DNA of 31,849 nt from an uncultured Candidatus Saccharibacteria bacterium (lineage in GTDB: Bacteria; Patescibacteriota; Dojkabacteria; SC72). Below, piece after piece: positions 8,305 through 22,522 of the stretch. A program made the position numbers and the translations under genes. Position 1 is the first letter of the stretch. Each line of letters opens with the position of its first letter. The notes beneath the pieces were generated by a model, which saw nothing but the letters and a program-made list of their open reading frames with translations, did not search any database and was not told where the DNA came from. The DNA is taken from positions 1 through 31,849 of the forward strand of contig CAZYNJ010000003.1 of assembly GCA_964648955.1 (NCBI GenBank), in the 5' to 3' direction.

Positions 8305-8892
8305 CTACTTCTGTGGTTTCTTGAAACGGATATATGGGAATGTTCTGTGTTTCCCCTTTGTATCCATGCCGTATCCTTCTACCCAGTAATCTGGTATCTC
8401 GAATCCACAATAGTCAATCGGAACATCAATCTCTCTTCTGCTCTCTTTCGAGAGTAATGCACAGATCTTTAGAGATTTTGGTCTTCTAGCGCTCAGAATT
8501 TCAAGAAGTTTTTTCATAGAATATCCAGTATCTATCATATCCTCAATGATTAAAACATTTTTTCCTTCTAGATCAATACTGGTCTCTCGGGTGATTTTTG
8601 GGTTTCTAGAAGATTCTGTTTCACTACCGTAACTCCCAATTCCCATAAAGTCTATATATGTACCATAATTATTATAACCATTAAATTCATTAACTTTTGT
8701 TAACTCTCTTGATAAGTCAGCTCCAAAGAATACCGCTCCATTGAGAATTATTAACAAAACAAGATCTCTTTCTTCATCTTTGTAATCTTCTGCAATTTTC
8801 ACTCCAAGTTCTGTTACCTTTTCCTGTATTTGTTCTGATGTTAAGAGTATTTTATAATCTTTTGTTTTTACGAAATCTTTTTTTTGAGTCAT
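8305..8892 (-). CDS. hpt: Hypoxanthine(-guanine) phosphoribosyltransferase
   Basis: PRPP-binding motif VLIIEDMIDTGYS, plus 'LNGAVFFGADL' and 'GFEIPDYWVEGYGMD'. Confidence 0.9.
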   Translation of the reverse strand: MTQKKDFVKTKDYKILLTSEQIQEKVTELGVKIAEDYKDEERDLVLLIILNGAVFFGADLSRELTKVNEFNGYNNYGTYIDFMGIGSYGSETESSRNPKITRETSIDLEGKNVLIIEDMIDTGYSMKKLLEILSARRPKSLKICALLSKESRREIDVPIDYCGFEIPDYWVEGYGMDTKGKHRTFPYIRFKKPQK

Positions 8893-9009
8893 TTTTGGTG
8901 CTAGAAGAATTTAGATTCTTTATTCTAACACTGCCATGCTTGTTCTTGGAAGAGGATAGTTGTTGTGATAGAATATGGCTTACTAATAATATATTTAATA
9001 GATGAGGAT

Positions 9010-9567
9010 ATGCCACTAATAGACCAACCAGTAAAAGGGATGTATATAAGGATGGAGGGAAAGATATATTTTCTATTGGATAGAAAACTCAAAACACAGG
9101 GGAGACAGGGTGGCCTTATTATCATGAAGATGAAGTCCCTAAGTAGTGGGAAGGTTCTAAAAAGGACTATCAAAGCAGGTTTAAAGATAGAGCAAATTAT
9201 CCCGGAGACAAAAGAAGTTCAATTTTCATATATAGATGATAATAATGCATATTTTATGGATACTGAAACATATGAATTAATACCAATTTCTAAAGAAGTA
9301 CTTGGTAACTACATCAATTTCCTTAAAGAGGGAGAAAAAATTCTCATTCTGTTTAATGATGGGGAGGTTTTAACAATAAAAGAGAACGCTACAGTGAAAT
9401 TAAAGGTAATAGAAGCTACAGATAGTGTGAGAGGAAATACTGCTAATAATGCGACAAAGACAGTACAGTTGGAGACTGGTTACAAAGTAAATGTCCCACT
9501 ATTTATCAAAACCGGGGATATACTGATCATAAATACTGAGACTGGTCAATATACAAGCAGAGCATAG
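9010..9567 (+). CDS. efp: Translation elongation factor P (185 aa; start revised from the ORF track's 8965)
   Basis: GAGGA Shine-Dalgarno just upstream of ATG 9010. C-terminal signature LETGYKVNVPLFIKTGD...INTETGQYTSRA, and YFMDTETYE. Confidence 0.93.
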   Translation: MPLIDQPVKGMYIRMEGKIYFLLDRKLKTQGRQGGLIIMKMKSLSSGKVLKRTIKAGLKIEQIIPETKEVQFSYIDDNNAYFMDTETYELIPISKEVLGNYINFLKEGEKILILFNDGEVLTIKENATVKLKVIEATDSVRGNTANNATKTVQLETGYKVNVPLFIKTGDILIINTETGQYTSRA

Positions 9568-9589
9568 TAAATGATATAATCAGAAATAG

Positions 9590-9666
9590 GGTGGGATAGC
9601 TCAGTTGGTTAGAGCATGGGATTCATAAACCCAAGGTCGGCAGTTCGATTCTGCCTCCCACTACCA
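9590..9666 (+). tRNA. tRNA-Met (CAU), probably the elongator
   Basis: GGTGGGA/TCCCACT acceptor, loop TT-CAT-AA, encoded CCA. No C1xA72 mismatch. Preceded by TG-A-TATAAT (9572-9580). Confidence 0.88.
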
Positions 9667-9701
9667 TATTTCCAAGAGTTTAACTTTTCAGGAGCAGAAT
9701 A

Positions 9702-11564
9702 ATGAACAAGGGAAAAAATAGTCAGTCTAAGAAAAAGAAGATTGTAGATATAAGGAGGATTCCAATAAAGAAAAAAGGTGGAATAAAGGGTGGGGGAATT
9801 CTTCTGACGATAGGTATAGCTCTTCTTCTCTCATATAGCGTGTATATGTATCAAAGATTTCAGAATCAAGGAGAACAAATTTCCTTAAGTGAGGTGGTAT
9901 TAATGATTAGCGATGGGGAGTATGAAGGTATTACAATCAAGGAATCAGAAGTAATTTTAATAGGAGAGGCTGAGAAAGATACTGTTTTTGCATTAATCCC
10001 AGAGGGTACTGATTTCTATACTGTTCTTTCCGAGGCAGACATAGATATTAAAACTCTCGAGAATGATTTTTATGAACCTAATATACAGTTTACATTTGGT
10101 GATTTCATTTCCTTACTTTTCTTAGTCGCAGGGGTATTTCTTGTATATATGCTATTTAAGAATATGCAAGATTCCAGTGGCAAGATTATGGATTTTGGAA
10201 AGAGTAAAGCAAAGTTAATGCTGGGGAAGAAATCAGCTATGTCTTTTAAGGATGTTGCGGGAATAGAGGATGTTAAAGAAGAGTTAGTGGAGATTGTTGA
10301 TTTTCTCAAACATCCTAAGAAATATATTTTGGCAGGAGCTAGAATTCCAAAGGGGGTTCTTTTAGTAGGTGCTCCTGGTACGGGAAAGACACTGCTTGCT
10401 AAAGCAGTTGCTGGAGAAGCTAATGTTCCATTTTTCCATACATCTGGATCAGAATTTGAAGAAATGCTAGTTGGTGCAGGTGCTTCTAGGGTTAGAGACC
10501 TTTTTACTAAGGCGAGGAAGGTTGCTCCTTGTATCATCTTCATTGATGAAATCGATGCTGTTGCTAAGAAAAGAGGTCGTGCTTTGTATTCTGGAGCGGG
10601 AGAACAGACACTTAACCAGATTCTTGTAGAGATGGATGGTTTGGAAGAAAGAGCAAATGTCATTATCTTAGGTGCTACTAATAGACCGGATGTACTAGAT
10701 CCTGCAATTTTAAGACCTGGGAGATTTGATAGGGTTGTTACAGTACAGATGCCAGATTACAGTGAAAGAGAGAGTATATTGGGAGTTCACTCAAAGAACA
10801 AGAAGTTTAGTAAAAATGCTGATTTGAAGATAATCGCAAAGAAAACAATAGGATACTCTGGGGCTGATCTGGAGAATCTTTTGAATGAAGCAGCAATAAT
10901 GACAGCTAAAAGAGGGGAGAAAGAGATAACACAGGAAGATCTTCAAGAGGCTTTCTTAAAGGTAAAACTAGGAAGAAAGAAGAAAACAGGAAGGGAGGAA
11001 GAAGACATTAAAAAGATTGCATATCACGAAGCAGGACACGCAATTGCTTCTAAGTTTGTAAAGGGTTCTTCTCCTGTAGAACAGATATCGATAATTTCTA
11101 GAGGCATGACAGGAGGGGTAACAGTATATATTCCGGAGAAGGATACAATTCTTCATACCAAGACTCAGCTTTTAGCAAAACTAAGAACCGCTGTTGCAGG
11201 TCAAATATCGGAAGAAATATTCTTTGGGGAGATATCGACTGGTTCTTCCGCAGATATTCAAGATGCCACTAGGGTAGCTAAAGCTATGATAACCCAATAT
11301 GGAATGAGTGAAAAATTAGGATTTGTTCAATATGGGGATATGGAAGAGGCTAGTACAATTGGTTATTCATATGGAGGTGGAAGGGATTTTAGTGAGGATA
11401 CAGCCAAATCAATTGATCAAGAGGTTAAGAGATTTATGGATGAGGCGCAGGAAGATGTAAGGAAGATATTGAGAGAACATAAGGATTTAGTCGAGAAGTT
11501 GGTGGAAATGCTTTTAGAGAAAGAGGTTGTAGAAAGGAAAGAGTTTGAGAAGTTGTTTGAATAA
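9702..11564 (+). CDS. ftsH: ATP-dependent zinc metalloprotease FtsH
   Basis: Two TM helices, Walker A GAPGTGKT, Walker [12 protein letters not shown] '[20 protein letters not shown]' and HEAGH zinc motif. Confidence 0.97.
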   Translation: MNKGKNSQSKKKKIVDIRRIPIKKKGGIKGGGILLTIGIALLLSYSVYMYQRFQNQGEQISLSEVVLMISDGEYEGITIKESEVILIGEAEKDTVFALIPEGTDFYTVLSEADIDIKTLENDFYEPNIQFTFGDFISLLFLVAGVFLVYMLFKNMQDSSGKIMDFGKSKAKLMLGKKSAMSFKDVAGIEDVKEELVEIVDFLKHPKKYILAGARIPKGVLLVGAPGTGKTLLAKAVAGEANVPFFHTSGSEFEEMLVGAGASRVRDLFTKARKVAPCIIFIDEIDAVAKKRGRALYSGAGEQTLNQILVEMDGLEERANVIILGATNRPDVLDPAILRPGRFDRVVTVQMPDYSERESILGVHSKNKKFSKNADLKIIAKKTIGYSGADLENLLNEAAIMTAKRGEKEITQEDLQEAFLKVKLGRKKKTGREEEDIKKIAYHEAGHAIASKFVKGSSPVEQISIISRGMTGGVTVYIPEKDTILHTKTQLLAKLRTAVAGQISEEIFFGEISTGSSADIQDATRVAKAMITQYGMSEKLGFVQYGDMEEASTIGYSYGGGRDFSEDTAKSIDQEVKRFMDEAQEDVRKILREHKDLVEKLVEMLLEKEVVERKEFEKLFE

Positions 11565-11592
11565 AAAAAGATTGGTTGTTGTATAATTAAAC

Positions 11593-14280
11593 ATGGTACT
11601 AAAAGATACAGGTAGAGACGTTTTCCTTGCTATAGATGCCAATGCAATAGTTCATCGTGCTTTTCACGCTTACCCGAGTAATCTACAAACAGAAGATGGT
11701 ATACAAGTTAATGCTGTATACGGATTTACAGTAATGCTTTTAAAAGCGCTAGAGATTTTCGAACCAGAGTATGTTCTCTGTGCTTTTGATACAGCAAAAC
11801 CTACCTTCAGACATACTAAATTTCCTGATTACAAAGCTACAAGAAAACCTACAGATCAGTCATTAATAGATCAGTTTCCATTGGTAGAAGAGGTATTGAA
11901 ATCTTTTAATATACCAATTCTCAAAGTAGAGGGATTTGAAGCTGATGACATACTGGGAACAATCTCCGAACATGTATCAAATGGTAAATGGAAAGATTAC
12001 AATTTGGATACATACCTTCTTAGTGGGGATAAAGACCTCTTGCAGTTAATAGATGAGAATGTATGGGTATGCTTACCAGAAGGGAGTTTTAAGAATCTAA
12101 AGGTATATGACAAGGTAGGAACATTAAAGAAATATGGATACTTACCTACTCAAGTTACAGATTTTAAAGCTGTAGTAGGGGATCCCTCAGATAATATTCC
12201 TGGAGTAAAAGGAGTGGGAGAAAAGACGGTAGTAAAGCTACTACAACAGTACAAAACATTAGATAAGATATATGAGAGTCTTAATGAATTAAAACCTAGG
12301 GTTGCCAAATTGTTGACAGAAGGGATAGAGCAAGCAGAATTTAGTAAGGATTTAGCTACGATAGAGAGAGGAGTAGATGTATCAGTACAATTAAATGATT
12401 GTCTGTTGAGAGATTTTGATAGAAACAATCTAGTTAAAATCTTCAAAAGGTTTTCATTTAAGTCATTAATAGGTAGGTTGGACATCCTTTTTGGAGAGGA
12501 TGGAATATCTTCACAAGGATCTCAATTAGGAATGTTTGAGACAACCTCTCTCACAGAAATAGAATTCTCAGATCAGAAAGATTTTGAGAAAATATTGGAA
12601 ACTGCTAGAAAGGTACATTATGCTTACTTTAAAAATGAAGAATCTATCACGGAAGAGAGCTTTTCTGTAGCTAGAGTCTGGGGGAGAAAAGGAAAGAAAG
12701 AAGATTTTTTACTTAAACCGGAGATATTTGAAGTACCTTCATCATGCGAGGTTATTTTTTACAATTGGGAGGATTTCTCTGCTTATGTGATGGTTAAAGA
12801 CTCTTCTAAATATGGAGATATATTAGATGTTTGTTCTTTTGGACATTTGATTAAATCCAACTCCTCTGGTTTTCTCTTCAAAGACTTAGCTTTCTCATAT
12901 GCGACTAAAATACTCAAGGAAAAGATATCTCCAAGTCAAAAAGAAGAGATATTAGATTCTCTTGAAGAGATAGTAGAGGGAGAGATTTCTGAGGCCCAAG
13001 ATATTAAGCAGTATGAGTTTGTTAAGGAAAATGTTAAGAAGTATTTCAAGAGGGAAGAGAATGAGCAGATTGTAGTAGCAAAAGAGCTCGAGATACCGGT
13101 ATCTGTTTGTTTAGGGGAAATGGAAAGGAGAGGGATTCTTCTAGACAGAGCAGAATTAGAGAGCTTGGATAACAAAATGGATGAGGAAATAGCATTTCTT
13201 AAGAAAGAGGTTTTTGACTGTATTGGCCATGAGGTTAATATTAATTCTCCAAAACAGTTAGCAGATTTACTTTTTGAAGAGTTAAATTTGCCACACAGAG
13301 GGAAGAGGTCCACAAGAGAAGCTATATTACAGAAATTAGTGGGTATGCATCCAGTTGTAGAACATATATTGAAATACAGGGAGATCTCTAAATTAAGTGG
13401 CACATATGTAAAACCTCTATTAGAGATTGCAAAGAATGAGCCTGACGGATCTGTACATACTGATTTTAAACAAACAGGGACTACTTCTGGTAGATTTTCC
13501 TCTTCTGACCCTAACTTACAAAATATTCCGATCAAAGGGGATTGGGCAGAGAAGATCAGAGGGGCATTTATAGCTCGAGAGGGATTTAAATTAGTAGCTC
13601 TTGACTATTCACAGATGGAATTAAGGATAATGGCACATATTTCAAGAGATGGGCTTTTGATAAAAGACTTTATAGAAGGCCTGGATGTTCATTCTTCTAC
13701 TGCAGCGCGTATATTAGGTAGACAAATACGAGATATTTCTAAGGAGGAGAGGTCTATGGGGAAAACTGTTAATTTTGCTATACTTTTTGGTCAGACACAA
13801 TTCGGACTTGCTAGTATGTTGAAGATTGATAGAGATACTGCACAGAAATATATAGATGAGTATTTTGAACATTACAGAGGAGTCGATAGGTATGTGAAAG
13901 ATGCAGAGAAAGAAGCTAAAAGGAAAGGTTTTGTACAATCAATTTTTGGAACAACTAGACGTATTGGGGGGTTAACATCCAAGAATTTTATGATAAAGAA
14001 TGCAGCAATGAGAGAAGCTATCAATATGCCAATACAGGGAAGTGAGGCCGATATTATGAAGCTAGCGATGATAAAGATTAGGGATATAATCGAGAAGGAG
14101 TATAAAGAGAAAGCATACATTCTTTTACAAATTCATGATGAGTTAATCTTCGAAGTAGAGGAATCGGTAGCCAAAGAATTTTCCGAAAAAAGTGTAAGGA
14201 TTATGGAGAAGGTAGTAGAATTTTTAGTTCCTTTAGATGTTCATTCAAATATCGGACACTCATTAGCAGAATTGAAGTAG
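11593..14280 (+). CDS. polA: DNA polymerase I (intact 5' nuclease, vestigial 3'-5' exonuclease domain)
   Basis: 5'-nuclease motifs EADDILGT and GDPSDNIPGV. Polymerase motif A DYSQMELR, motif B KTVNF and motif C QIHDEL. Confidence 0.97.
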   Translation: MVLKDTGRDVFLAIDANAIVHRAFHAYPSNLQTEDGIQVNAVYGFTVMLLKALEIFEPEYVLCAFDTAKPTFRHTKFPDYKATRKPTDQSLIDQFPLVEEVLKSFNIPILKVEGFEADDILGTISEHVSNGKWKDYNLDTYLLSGDKDLLQLIDENVWVCLPEGSFKNLKVYDKVGTLKKYGYLPTQVTDFKAVVGDPSDNIPGVKGVGEKTVVKLLQQYKTLDKIYESLNELKPRVAKLLTEGIEQAEFSKDLATIERGVDVSVQLNDCLLRDFDRNNLVKIFKRFSFKSLIGRLDILFGEDGISSQGSQLGMFETTSLTEIEFSDQKDFEKILETARKVHYAYFKNEESITEESFSVARVWGRKGKKEDFLLKPEIFEVPSSCEVIFYNWEDFSAYVMVKDSSKYGDILDVCSFGHLIKSNSSGFLFKDLAFSYATKILKEKISPSQKEEILDSLEEIVEGEISEAQDIKQYEFVKENVKKYFKREENEQIVVAKELEIPVSVCLGEMERRGILLDRAELESLDNKMDEEIAFLKKEVFDCIGHEVNINSPKQLADLLFEELNLPHRGKRSTREAILQKLVGMHPVVEHILKYREISKLSGTYVKPLLEIAKNEPDGSVHTDFKQTGTTSGRFSSSDPNLQNIPIKGDWAEKIRGAFIAREGFKLVALDYSQMELRIMAHISRDGLLIKDFIEGLDVHSSTAARILGRQIRDISKEERSMGKTVNFAILFGQTQFGLASMLKIDRDTAQKYIDEYFEHYRGVDRYVKDAEKEAKRKGFVQSIFGTTRRIGGLTSKNFMIKNAAMREAINMPIQGSEADIMKLAMIKIRDIIEKEYKEKAYILLQIHDELIFEVEESVAKEFSEKSVRIMEKVVEFLVPLDVHSNIGHSLAELK

Positions 14281-14337
14281 ACAGAATGGTATAATTAATA
14301 GATAAGTTAAGAATTACTTTTGATGGAGGAGAAAAAT

Positions 14338-14694
14338 ATGGGAGATTTATCATTTTTATGGATATTTCTAATCATTGTTACCTGTGGTTTTGGTGCGATC
14401 CTTTATCTTCTCGTAACACATGATTCCGAAGAACTAGGGGAGAAGAAAATGGCTTCTAAACCTGTGGATACTACTTCTAAGGTAGTAATAGATAAAGGTT
14501 TAACTGAAAGACAAAGAAATATTCTTACATATGTGATTGAGAAGAAAATGGTTAAACCACCGGAACTAAGGAAGATTGCAGGAGATGTGTCTAACAGAAC
14601 AGTCAGGAGAGATATGAGTGTACTAATAGATAAGGGTTTAGTATCTCAAGAGGGTTCTACAAAATCTACATATTACAGGTATTTAGGGAAGTAA
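14338..14694 (+). CDS. Membrane-anchored winged-helix (DeoR-like HTH) protein (start revised from 14320)
   Basis: GGAGGA SD 7 nt before ATG 14338. N-terminal TM helix 'FLWIFLIIVTCGFGAILYLLV', then C-terminal 'LTERQRNIL...VSNRTVRRDMSVLIDKGLV...G'. Confidence 0.75.
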   Translation: MGDLSFLWIFLIIVTCGFGAILYLLVTHDSEELGEKKMASKPVDTTSKVVIDKGLTERQRNILTYVIEKKMVKPPELRKIAGDVSNRTVRRDMSVLIDKGLVSQEGSTKSTYYRYLGK

Positions 14695-14695
14695 T

Positions 14696-16549
14696 ATGAT
14701 TAAATTTTCCAAATTAGCGAAAACTTTTTCTAAAGTAGAAAGTATCCAGTCACGCAATGAAATGACAGAGATTCTTGCTAATCTCTATAAAACCCTTACA
14801 AAAGAGGAGGTTCAGATAGTGTCGTATTTGATTAATGGGAGAGTAGCTCCAATGTTTGTAAAAGCGGAATTTAACTATTCAGAAAAGAGCCTGGTTAATT
14901 TAGTGGAAGCACTGGTTAAAGTAAGTTCAGGGAAGTTTAATATTAAGAAAGAACTTTCTAAAACAGGGGATATTGGTGATGCCATAGCATCCTTTTCACA
15001 GAACGAAGGGTATAGGAGTAAAGGTTTTAGTACAAGTGAAATATATGATGAATTATGGGGGATTATTAATATAACTGGAACAGGATCTGTTGAGAAAAAG
15101 ACATCTATAATATCCAAGTTACTTAAAAGAATGTCTCCAGAGGAGGGTAAATACTTTGTAAGAATCATTTGTGGGTCTTTAAGGCTTGGAGTTAATGCTA
15201 AAACTCTCTTAGATGTATTTTCTTACTGTGTAGTAGGGGATAAGTCATTTAGGGATGAATTGGATAGGGCATATGGCGTTTCTGCAGATATTGGGTATAT
15301 TGCTTCAGAGAGTGTAGGTTTAAGCCCTCAGAGAGCCCAGAAAGGGATCTCTAAGGTTAAGGTAAATCCAGGGATACCAATTCTGGCCCGTTTAGTTGAA
15401 AGGGTAGGGTCGTTTGAGGAAGTTTTCGAAAGGATGGGGGAATCAGTATTGGTACAACCCAAATTCGATGGTTTAAGATGTCAAATACATAAGTTTTCGA
15501 AAAAGAAGCAATTTAAAAGTTTTAATGTAGTTTGGAAAGATAGATTACAAGGGCAGATTATTGAAAATTCTCTTTTCGAAGCAAAAAAAGAAGAAGATTG
15601 TACCATAGTACTATTTACAAGAAATTTGGAGGATGTCACGGAGATGTTTCCTGAGGTTGTAGAAGCAGGAAGGCAAATAAAGGAAAAGTCTTTTGTGCTG
15701 GATTCTGAGATACTAGGTTGGAATTATGAAAAAGACACATTCCTGTCATATCAGGAGACTATGCAGAGGAGAAGAAAGTATTCTGTGGGGACAAAGATGG
15801 AGGATATTCCAGTACAAGCTATGATTTTTGATGTTTTATATCAAAACGGAAAAGATTTAACACAAATGGATACATTACAAAGAATAAAGATTTTAAATAA
15901 GAAATACAAAAATACCCCCAGAGGTATTAAACTATCAAAGACAGAGGAAGTGTCTGATGAGGGAAATTTAGAAAGAGTTTTCGAGGAGTATGTATCTAAA
16001 GGGCTAGAAGGAATTATAGTTAAACAGAAAGAGGGGGAATATAAAGCAGGTTTTCGTAATTATGAATGGATCAAAATGAAGAAATCAATGAGAAAAGGAC
16101 TTGTAGACACAATAGACATGGTCATTGTTGGATACTTTACAGGAATGGGAAGGAGAGCGAATTTGGGTCTAGGTGCATTCCTAGGTGCTATTTATAACGA
16201 AGAAGAAGGGACTTTTGATATCGTATGTAAAGTTGGTACAGGTTTAACAGATGAAATGTTAAAAGATCTTTCGGAGAAACTTGAGAAGGAGAGAATAAAA
16301 GAGCGATATAGAGATGTTAGAGGAGATAATTTGTTAATTCCTGATGTCTGGGTAAAACCTTCCATCGTAGTTACTGTAGAAGCGGATGAGATTACTAGAA
16401 ATTTGAACAGATCCAAAGATTCTGTTGGTGCAGGGCTATCTTTGAGGTTCCCAAGGTTAATAGATATTAGGGAGGATAAGGGGGTAGAGGATATTACAAC
16501 CTTGAATGAGTTAGTAGATATGTTTAAGATGCAGAAGATACCTAAATAA
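14696..16549 (+). CDS. lig: ATP-dependent DNA ligase with N-terminal DNA-binding domain (archaeal/LigI-type architecture)
   Basis: Motif I QPKFDG (adenylated Lys), LDSE, EGIIVK, WIKMK, OB-fold KVGTG and LRFPRL. Confidence 0.93.
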   Translation: MIKFSKLAKTFSKVESIQSRNEMTEILANLYKTLTKEEVQIVSYLINGRVAPMFVKAEFNYSEKSLVNLVEALVKVSSGKFNIKKELSKTGDIGDAIASFSQNEGYRSKGFSTSEIYDELWGIINITGTGSVEKKTSIISKLLKRMSPEEGKYFVRIICGSLRLGVNAKTLLDVFSYCVVGDKSFRDELDRAYGVSADIGYIASESVGLSPQRAQKGISKVKVNPGIPILARLVERVGSFEEVFERMGESVLVQPKFDGLRCQIHKFSKKKQFKSFNVVWKDRLQGQIIENSLFEAKKEEDCTIVLFTRNLEDVTEMFPEVVEAGRQIKEKSFVLDSEILGWNYEKDTFLSYQETMQRRRKYSVGTKMEDIPVQAMIFDVLYQNGKDLTQMDTLQRIKILNKKYKNTPRGIKLSKTEEVSDEGNLERVFEEYVSKGLEGIIVKQKEGEYKAGFRNYEWIKMKKSMRKGLVDTIDMVIVGYFTGMGRRANLGLGAFLGAIYNEEEGTFDIVCKVGTGLTDEMLKDLSEKLEKERIKERYRDVRGDNLLIPDVWVKPSIVVTVEADEITRNLNRSKDSVGAGLSLRFPRLIDIREDKGVEDITTLNELVDMFKMQKIPK

Positions 16550-16553
16550 AGGC

Positions 16554-16582
16554 TTGCCAGGTCTATCTTTATGTGTTACAAT
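16554..16582 (+). promoter_or_regulatory. rRNA operon promoter
   Basis: TTGCCA (16554-16559), 17 nt, TACAAT (16577-16582), with an extended -10 TG. Confidence 0.8.
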
Positions 16583-16674
16583 CCTCTTCGAGTTTGGGAT
16601 AAACACATTTTTGTCAGGTTTCCTCTTAGAAGTTTTCTAATGAATACACGACTCTGTTGAACCCTCTCTCCGCT

Positions 16675-16701
16675 CCTTAAAAGTTGAAGAGTGGCAGGAA
16701 G
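16675..16701 (+). other. 5' arm of the 16S processing stem (pairs with 18392-18418)
   Basis: CCTTAAAAGTTGAAGAGTGGCAGGAAG is complementary, with G-U pairs, to CTTCCTGCCACTTTTTGACTTTTAAGG downstream of the 16S. Confidence 0.8.
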
Positions 16702-16825
16702 TCTTTTTAATAAGGCTTTCTATTTTTTTTGTGTGTTTGAACACACAATTCATTTGAAGTCTACATAAAATCCAACATAACAATGGTTGGTCTAATTACT
16801 TAGGTAATTAGTAAGTCAATTGTTT

Positions 16826-18375
<1,550 letters not shown>

Positions 18376-18454
18376 CAAGGAGTAACCAAATCTTCCTGCC
18401 ACTTTTTGACTTTTAAGGATCTTAGATCTTTAATTTTTCGGACATAGAAGCTAG

Positions 18455-18531
18455 GGGCGTATAGCTCAGTTGGCTAGAGCGCAGTCCTGATAAGACTGAG
18501 GTCCCAAGTTCGAACCTTGGTACGCCCACCA
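18455..18531 (+). tRNA. tRNA-Ile (GAU)
   Basis: GGGCGTA/TACGCCC acceptor, stem CAGTC/GACTG, loop CT-GAT-AA, CCA. Confidence 0.96.
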
Positions 18532-18539
18532 TTAGTCTT

Positions 18540-18616
18540 GGGCCTGTAGTTCAGTTGGTTAGAACGCTTCATTTGCAATGAAGAGGTCAGGAGTTCGACT
18601 CTCCTCAGGTCCACCA
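18540..18616 (+). tRNA. tRNA-Ala (UGC)
   Basis: GGGCCTG/CAGGTCC acceptor with G3.U70 identity pair, loop TT-TGC-AA, CCA. Confidence 0.96.
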
Positions 18617-18765
18617 GATAACAAGAAGAGAAGGTAAAACTTTGAATCTTGAGTGCAGAATGTTTGCATCTTTGTAACTGTTGGGGTAGGTCCAATATAT
18701 AAACAGTAAAAGACCAGAACATTTCAAGTTGTACATTTAAAACTGAATAGTAAGGCAATTTTCAA

Positions 18766-21904
<3,139 letters not shown>

Positions 21905-22037
21905 AATTGCCTTCTATTTGGTTTTGAGTGTGCAATGCACACTGACTTGCTCTTTAGAACTGAAAGTCCTGATGTCTTTGTTCGCATGAACAAAGATCGT
22001 CAGGCGATAGGGTAGTAGATATTACTAATACCTTTTC

Positions 22038-22155
22038 GTCTGGCGATGATAGCGGAGTGGAACTACCTGATTCCATCCCGAACTCAGAAGTAAAATGCTC
22101 CAGCGCCGAAAATACTTGATCTTTACAGATCCGGGAAGATAGGTCATTGCCAGTA
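22038..22155 (+). rRNA. rrf: 5S rRNA (ends approximate)
   Basis: Helix I CTGGCGATG/CATTGCCAG, CCATCCCGAACTCAGAAGTAAA, and GATAGG loop E. Confidence 0.95.
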
Positions 22156-22164
22156 TTTTCAGAG

Positions 22165-22188
22165 AACCCACCGTAAGGTGGGTTTTTT
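22165..22188 (+). terminator. Intrinsic terminator of the rRNA operon
   Basis: AACCCACC-GTAA-GGTGGGTT hairpin followed by a T run. Confidence 0.9.
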
Positions 22189-22522
22189 GTTTGTTCCTTT
22201 AAGTCTTATATTAATGACTACTGGGCTGTATAGTCCTGTCCAAATCAAGAATCAGAAGAAGAAGAGAGAAGTATTAGAAGTGATAATTGAATATTATAAT
22301 ACTAGTACTTCCAAGTGGAAAGGGGGAAGAATGTAACATGACCATATCTTATTACAACAAAAATAGTATAAAAATGTAAGTAAAAACTATTTATTACTTC
22401 CTCGACATCTTATACTCCAGAGAGGGCCGATAAATAGGTATAATTTCGGAGTAAAGAAGATATACATTAGAAATGATAGTCTAGACCCTGTATAATAAAT
22501 TATAGATAAAACACTTTAAAGT

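Noticed and set aside
13741-13800. PolA O-helix reads NFAILFG (Tyr to Phe) and the proofreading domain is degenerate
   Set aside because: A conservative substitution, and loss of 3'-5' exonuclease activity is common in PolA.
22214-22336. 40-codon ORF after the rRNA terminator (MTTGLYSPVQ...)
   Set aside because: No SD or promoter at a suitable distance and no recognisable motif; plausible by chance.
22408-22432. SAM-I riboswitch-like string (TTATACTCCAGAGAGGGCCGAT)
   Set aside because: Only a partial resemblance; the P2-P4 elements and closing P1 strand are absent.
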